From the NCBI RefSeq assembly GCF_036365525.1, contig NC_090412.1:5374123-5438122 (forward strand): DNA of 64,000 nucleotides. The letters run 5' to 3'. A model generated the notes under the pieces. That model searched no databases. It was not told the origin of the DNA and was given only the letters and a program-made list of their open reading frames with translations. The stretch is from Heterodontus francisci (Eukaryota). Shown here piece by piece: positions 57,632 through 64,000 of this stretch (positions within the stretch are counted from its first letter, which is position 1; each line of letters begins with the position of its first letter). The position numbers and the translations under genes are program-made.

Positions 57632-58098
57632 GTCAGCTGTAGCTCAGTTTGCGGCATTCTCGTCTCTGAGTCAGAAGTCCTTGAGTTCAAGTCCCAGGCC
57701 AGCAACTTGAGCACACAGTGCAAGCTGACACTCTCAGTGCAGTACTGAGGGAGTGCTGCACTGTCGAAGGTGCTGTCTTTCAGATGAGACGTTACACTGA
57801 GGCCCTGTATGTCCTCTCAGGTGGTTGTAAAATATCGCATGGCACTATTTCATAGAAAAGCCGGGGAGTTCTCCCCGTGTCCAGGCCAATATTTATCCCT
57901 CAATCAACATCACTAAAACAGATTATCTAGTTATTATCACACTGCAGTTTGTGAGATCTAGCCGTGCGCAAATTGCCTGCCATATATCCCACATTACAAG
58001 AGTGACTACATTTCAAAGTGTACTTAATTAGCTGTAAAGCACTTTGGGACTCCTATGGCTGTGAATGGTGCTATGTTAATGCAAGTCTTTCTTTTTTT
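57632..58098 (+). mobile_element. DeuSINE (SacSINE1-like), full length reference copy
   Basis: A box tagctcagtttg and B box gagttcaagtccc; Deu core ggtgctgtctttcagatgagacgtta..gaggcc..atggcactattt; L2-like tail. Confidence 0.9.
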
Positions 58099-58684
58099 GA
58101 TTTTCTCTTTGGTCTCTGTGAGGTAAGGAACAAACAGATTTGCTTGTGTACTAACCGAAGATGTGCCACATGCAACAGTAAAACCTCAGCTCCAGTCTCG
58201 GCCACTTGTGCCACTCCAGCACGGGGTTAATGCAATATTGTTGGGTTGGTGATTGCTGGTCGCTCATCTGCTGTGAAAGCCATTTTGTGTCGTAAAAGCC
58301 TGTGTAAGTATCTCGTCAATGGCCCTGTAATCGTTTGCCTAATGACCCGTAATTCAGTGAACACGCTCGTTTCACCATCCGCAGCCAATCATAAACCGAT
58401 TGAATGATGCAGCACTTCCCAGTAATTGCAACAGGCTTGAAATTCAGCAGGAACAGCAGAATCATTGCATTTCCAAGTCATGAACTTTGTTCTGCATTTG
58501 GCTCCATTCTGCAAGGGAAATCATTTCACGCAGTAACTGCTAACGTGAGGAGGATTGCAACTTGCCTGATCCCAGTTTGAACTTTTCTTTAATAAAACCT
58601 GCACTGATTTTCCTTAGTCGATTTAAAGGTAATTTTTTCATGGGAAATTACCAAGTGTAGTCCGTTTGAAAATGTGCGATAAAA

Positions 58685-59085
58685 GATTTGTATTTATACA
58701 GCCCCCTCTCGCATCTCTCAAAACCACAGAAGTCTTCCCTTACAATGCTTTGCTTTGACCTTCAGTGACAATTCAATACAAGTGCTTTTACACACAGCAA
58801 GATTTCACCACCAGCACTGAGATGAATGATTCGTCAATGTGGGGTTTTTATTGTTAAATGATGGGCTGGTTCACTGGGAAAGCTCCCTGCTCCGCTTTGA
58901 ACAGTGGCATGAGATCTTAAACAACCATCGGAACCAGAAAGGGTCTTAATTTAATGTCCTATCTGAAGTACAGAGCTTAGACCCTTTCCTTTGTTCATCT
59001 TTTTTTTATTTTCTTTACTGAAGCCCTGGACTGGAACTTAAACAAACAGTACAGTGACTGACTGAGCCTAACTGAGCCAGGCTGA
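58685..59085 (-). mobile_element. Highly degenerate DeuSINE
   Basis: acacagcaagatttcac, gctccctgctccgctttgaacagtggcatgagatct. Confidence 0.55.
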
Positions 59086-59089
59086 TGTA

Positions 59090-59580
59090 GATTAGACAGA
59101 GGAGATTTACTAGAATGGTACCCAGGATGATGGACTTCAATTCTGAGGAGTAACGAGAGAAGTTCCCGTTTTCCTTAGAGCAAAGATGTCTTTGGAAATT
59201 TAATAGAGGTGTTCACAATCGTGAGGGGTTTTGATAGATTGGATTTGGGAGAAACTGTTTCCACTGGCAAGAGGGTCAGTAACCAAGGAACCCAGATTTA
59301 AGATAGTTGGTAATGAACTGGGGGGAGATGAGGGGAGACTTTTTACACAGCAGTTTGTTAAGATCTGGAATGCACTACCAATAGGGAATTCAGGAGAAAC
59401 CTCTTCACCCAGAAAGTGGTGAAATGCATTTCAGGGGAAGCTGGATAAGCACATGAGGGAGAAAAGAAAAGCATGATATGTTGATGGGGTGAGATGAAGT
59501 AGGGTAGGAGGAGGCTCGTGTGGAGCAAGAACACTGGCATGGACATGTTGGGCTGAATGGCTCATTTCTGCAGTGTAAGT
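59090..59580 (+). mobile_element. CR1 3' fragment
   Basis: Peptide EKLFPLARGSVT..FTQQFVKIWNALP; CR1 tail. Confidence 0.8.
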
Positions 59581-59855
59581 ACTTGTAACTTTGCAGTCCT
59601 TTCAGTAGTTTGTACCAATATCCCTGTGTTGTATCTCAGAAATGTTCACAACAGATTTAAACCCAGCTCGGTATAGATAACAATCTAGGTCATAAGCATT
59701 AACGAGATGAAATGCATAGCTCTTACAGCAAATTCTTGATCCCTTGAGTAAGCCTGTGTCTCCAACATAGGTGTGCGAGCTTACTCCCCTTGCCTCCTTT
59801 ATACTGATCATTACTTTCTACCTATGGCCATTCTGTCAGAGCTTCACTAGTGATC

Positions 59856-60345
59856 CTTTTTTTATTTATTCATTCACGGGATGCAAGCATCACTGGCAAG
59901 GCCAGAATTTGTTACCCATCCCTAATTGCCCTTGAGAAGGTGGTGGTGAGCTGCCTTCTTGAACCACTGCAATCGTTGTGGTGTAGGTCCACCCAAGTGC
60001 TGTTAGGAAGGGAGTTCCAGGAATTTGACCCAGCGACAGTGAAGGAACGGCCATATAGTTGCAAATCATGATGCTGTGTGGCTTAGAGGGGAACTTGCAG
60101 GTGGTGATGTTCCCACGCATCTGCTACCTTGTCCTTCTAGTTGGTGGAGGTCGCGGGTTTGGAAGGTGCTGTCTAAGGAGCCTTGGTGCATTGCTGCAGT
60201 GCATCTTGTAGATGGTACACACTGCTGCCACTGTGCGTCAGTGGTGGAGGGAGTGAATGTTTGTGGATGGGATGCCAATCAAATAGGCTGCTTTGTCCTG
60301 GATGGTGTCGAGCTTGTTGAGCGTTGTTGGAGCTGCACCCATCCA
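59856..60345 (-). mobile_element. LINE family B 3' fragment
   Basis: Colinear with 17308-17760. Confidence 0.85.
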
Positions 60346-61243
60346 TCCATCACACTCCGGACATCTTCCTTCTCCGGTCCTTCATTAGAGAACAATTGCT
60401 TCCATGTCTAGCTATCCTCGCTTCCAAATCCAGAACTTTTCCCTGCCTCTGCCTTGCCAGTTCTTCGCACCCCTCACACCATCAAGCCAGTGTCCATCAA
60501 ACACCCTCCTGTAAAAATTGCAGAGTGAGTTTGAACGTTAACATTCACCAAAACAAAACCTCACATTGACTGATCATTTCTCTCAATGCTGTTTGTGAAA
60601 TCCTGCTGCGTGTAAAATAGCTGCCAAAGCAGAATCTATAAAAGCTTTAAAAAGAAAGTTGAGAAACATCGGAAAAAAGTGGACTTTAAATGGTATGGGG
60701 GAGGGACAAAGGAATGGGACTGAAAGGGTGTTTTTTCCAAAGAGCTAGCACAGGTACAATGGGCTGAAAGGTCCCCTTCTATTGATTTCATGCGAACTGC
60801 CGGTGTGCTATCTGAAGATTCCATCGTGTACAAACCTAAATTCATCCAATCTTCACAGATTTACCTCAGTCCTGCCTAATGTTAGAGTCTGACACAGTAG
60901 GTCTGTTCCAGCTCGCTTCACACAATCACTTCCCAATTTATCCCTTGATGGTCAAAATGATTTCCACAGTAGCTAAATTTAGGAGGTGATTGGGTTCACA
61001 TTTTTTCTTCTTCTGCTTTCTGTACAAGATGAGACGTCTCCCGGGAGCAGAAGGTTTGGTCGACAACAATTGACCTTTTTACGTGGCACTGCAGTGTCAG
61101 CTTCTGCCAACTATTTAGTCCCCAGCCCCCCTTCAGGCTACATAGTTTGATGTATTGATTGGTTGGCATCCTGAAATAGATGAATTTCCTCACTCTACAC
61201 AAATTAACTGCTTGCTGTAGTGATTGAGGGCAGTATTATTATT

Positions 61244-62030
61244 GTTTATTATTATTGGCTATCCCTCACAGGCGAGGATTATTGTCTTCCGTGAATCCGA
61301 AGATGGCTGATGAGGCCAAAGATGATCTACAGACTTTATGGCACGTAGGGCATTTGTTGTCATGTGGTGTATTATTAGTTCGGGTCATGGTTTGTTCTTC
61401 CCGCTACTCTCGCTTTTCCTCTTCATTTTGCCATTGTTGAGTCTCAAAATGCTGGGATCCTTCCCACAGACTCCGCCTCCATCTGGTTCGGTCCAGGCCG
61501 ATGGTCTCCCAGGAGTTGATGTCAATGTTGCATTTCTTCAGTTTGGCTTTCAGCACATCCTTGAACAGCATCTTTTGTCCTCCTCTGGTGCGTCTGCCCT
61601 GACTGAGCTGAGAGAAGACAACATGCGTTCAGCACCTGGTATCTGACTTCTGAAAGATATGACCAACCCAATGAAGCTGATGGCGGATAATCACAGCCTC
61701 GATGCTTGTATCTGCTTGTGAGAGGACACTGATGTTGGTGTGCCTGTCCTCCCACTTGATATATAGGATCTTCCACAGGCAGCGTTGATGAAAGGACTCC
61801 AGTGCTTTGAGGTGCCTCCTGGACGTTGTCATTGTTTCAGTCCCGTAATGTAAGGTAGGGATCATGACCACATGGTAGACCATGAGTTTGGTTTCAGTTT
61901 TGATGTCACGATCTTCAAACACTCGCTTCCTCAGGTGGGCAAAGGCTGCACCAGCAGATTTCAGGCGATGCTGGATTTCTTTGTAAATGTCAACCTTCTG
62001 TGAAAGATAACTTCCAAATACTGGAAGTGT
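61244..62030 (-). mobile_element. RTE LINE 3' fragment, decayed
   Basis: Peptide FGSYLS..EIQHRL..LRKRVF..PTLHYGTET..FHQRCL..HWVGHI; C-terminus GLISHLRIH; (AAT)n-like tail. Confidence 0.9.
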
Positions 62031-62514
62031 CGTTGGATCAAGATGTTGTTCCGTCAAGATACGTGTGGAAGCTGGTGTGCAACGGTTTCTCCATGTTAAA
62101 AGATGTCATGCACAGGCATCTTCCTTTCTGAGTACATCCTCCAAGACCTTCGGGAGTTCCAAAGTCCAGCCCCTCGTCCTCGATGCGGAACCTGGGCAAT
62201 GAGTAAGAAAGGGTCGATCAAAACAGGGTGAAGCCTGGTGAGACTCTTTATGTCTGGGCTGCTTTGGTCACCGTGAAGGCCTGTTAGGGACCCTAGAAAT
62301 ACTCAGCAGACGGGGCTCTGGCAAATAAGTCCTCAAAGGTAGAACAGGCGGAGGAAGATGTGCCATCTGAAATATCTCAATGGCTGTTCTGGTGGACGAA
62401 GGCTGCAGCAGAAAGACCCCTCCCCCCACAAACGTCTTGGTTTCCTTGCCATTGGATTGAGGGCAGTGATTCCTCTCCAGTGGCAGAGCCCAGGCCATTG
62501 TCATTCACAAAATC

Positions 62515-62645
62515 ATTTTCCTCCTCTTCCTTTTTCCCTTCCCCTTTTTTCTCTTGCTCATCCACCTTCACTTCCTCCTCCACCTTGCCCTTCCTCTTTC
62601 TCTTCTTCCTCTTCCTCCTTCTTCATGTCTTCCTCTTCCTCTCCA
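62515..62645. repeat. (CTT/CCT)n-rich pyrimidine tract
   Basis: Visible directly in the sequence. Confidence 0.85.
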
Positions 62646-63159
62646 TGTGACTGGCTTTAGTGGCATAGCCCAAAATGACAGGTCGCCAAAGGCAGGCCAA
62701 GCAAGCGTTGGGTCACTGAGCAGAGCCGTTCAGCTTCATTAAAGGTGAAAGGTATGCATCACGTCAGCAGGTGCACTCACATTACTCTTTGATACCCATT
62801 AGCTCAGATTATCAAACGGCTGCAGGACAAATAATCTGATATGAGGACTCGACTAAATTTATTTTGGAGTAAATTAAAGTGGGAGTGAGGAGCAGGAGAA
62901 TGTCACTTTGACATAAAACAAATGCTTTGTGCAATTGTAGACAGTTTGCCAAGTAAGATTTTATTTCTTCCATTGAAATCCATTCCTTTGACACAATACA
63001 TAGAAAAGCATCTGTAGTTAGATAGCATAATCGATTAGTATGCTTTTGGAAGATTAAATACAATACAGAGCACCATATCGACAACCAGGGAGAGAAAAAC
63101 AAGTCACCCAGCTCAACTCAATCATTCTGGGATCTAATCTAAACTAGTTGTGGAAAAGC

Positions 63160-63830
63160 AACAACCCTGCATTTATATAGCACCTCTCATGCTGTAAAAT
63201 GTCCAATGCTACTTCACATAATAAAATATGACACCAAATCACATAAAGAGATAATTAGGACATGAGACAAAGGCTTGGGCAGAGGCATTTGTTTTAAGGA
63301 GCATCTTAAAGGAGGAGAGAGAGAGGTAGCGAGACAGAGAGCTTTATGGAAAGAAATAAAGATTTGCATTTATATAGCATCTTTCATGACCTCAGGACAT
63401 CCCAAAGCACCTCACAGCCAATGAAGTACTTTAGAAGTGTAGTCACTGTTGTAATGTAGGAAATGCAGCAACCAATTTGCACAGAGCAAGATCCCACAGA
63501 CAGCAATGCGATAATGAGCTGATATTCTGTTTTTTTGATGCTGATTGAGAGATAAATATTGGCCAGACCCTGGGGATAACTCCCCTGCTTTTCTTTGAAA
63601 TAGTGCCATGGGATCTTTTACATCCACCTGAGATGGTACACGGGGCCTCAGTTTAACCTCATGCGAACGAGGAGGGAATCCCAGAGTTTATTGCCCAGGC
63701 AGTTGAAGGCACGGTCGCCCATAGTGTGGCGATAGAAATCAGGGATGTGCAAGAGTTCAGAATTGGAGGGACAATGCAGGGCTGTCAGATAGGGCTGGAG
63801 AAGGTTGCAGAGATAGGGAGGGTGCAAAGA
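63160..63830 (-). mobile_element. L2 3' fragment split by a DeuSINE (63352-63662, -)
   Basis: L2 sequence ..gagctttatgg | gagggaatcccagagttt.. is contiguous across the SINE. Confidence 0.78.
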
Positions 63831-63997
63831 TTACAATGCATTTAGGGAAAAGCCAGATAAAAGCAAGAGGCAGAAAATAATAGAAGGATATGCTGATCAG
63901 GTGAAAAGAGGAGTGCTGGGAGGAGGCTCTTGTGGAGCATAAAACTAGCATGGACCAGATGGGCCGAATGGCCTGTTTCTGTGTTGTAAATTCAATG
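63830..63997 (+). mobile_element. CR1 3' tail
   Basis: gtggagcataaaactagcatggaccagatgggccgaatggcctgtttctgtgttgta. Confidence 0.8.
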
Positions 63998-64000
63998 AAA

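Noticed and set aside
61307-61313. CTGATGA as a hammerhead core
   Set aside because: It is the antisense of the RTE C-terminal GLISH codons, with no stem II/GAAA context.
62377-62660. Acidic (EEEE) and Ser/Pro-rich ORFs
   Set aside because: They arise from the (CTT/CCT)n tract.
1-64000. Prokaryote-type systems (CRISPR arrays, operons, defence islands, retrons)
   Set aside because: The sequence is vertebrate repeat-rich DNA. There are no regularly spaced direct repeats or gene-dense regions, and all RT motifs belong to CR1, L2, RTE, Tx1 or Penelope.

Overview
This is eukaryotic, repeat-dense, essentially non-coding DNA. The repeat set points to a cartilaginous fish (shark): HE1/V-SINE, SacSINE1-type DeuSINE, HER1-like CR1, L2, RTE, Tx1, Penelope-like elements and GC-rich MITEs. 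I could not recognise any host protein-coding gene. Every ORF with convincing protein similarity is a retrotransposon fragment (RTE, CR1, Tx1, Penelope RT plus GIY-YIG). Between the repeats lie several repeat-free, AT-rich blocks dense in homeodomain, Meis and TCF motifs; these look like vertebrate conserved non-coding elements, suggesting a large intron or gene desert near a developmental regulator (inference). Most notable: (1) a family of about 100-200 bp Penelope pLTR modules carrying a minimal hammerhead ribozyme (CUGAUGA-stem II-GAAACGU/U, palindromic stem III), including a stand-alone 160-bp copy with an intact core and a perfect 18-bp target-site duplication (TSD), and a head-to-head pair; (2) a Tx1-clade LINE inserted with a 12-bp TSD into a motif shared by Harbinger-like MITEs, inside a multi-layer nested stack; (3) three SINE-LINE partner pairs; (4) an unexplained 76-nt hairpin. 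Family names come from memory of consensus sequences, not from a database search. Repeat boundaries are approximate unless a TSD or terminal inverted repeat (TIR) is quoted.
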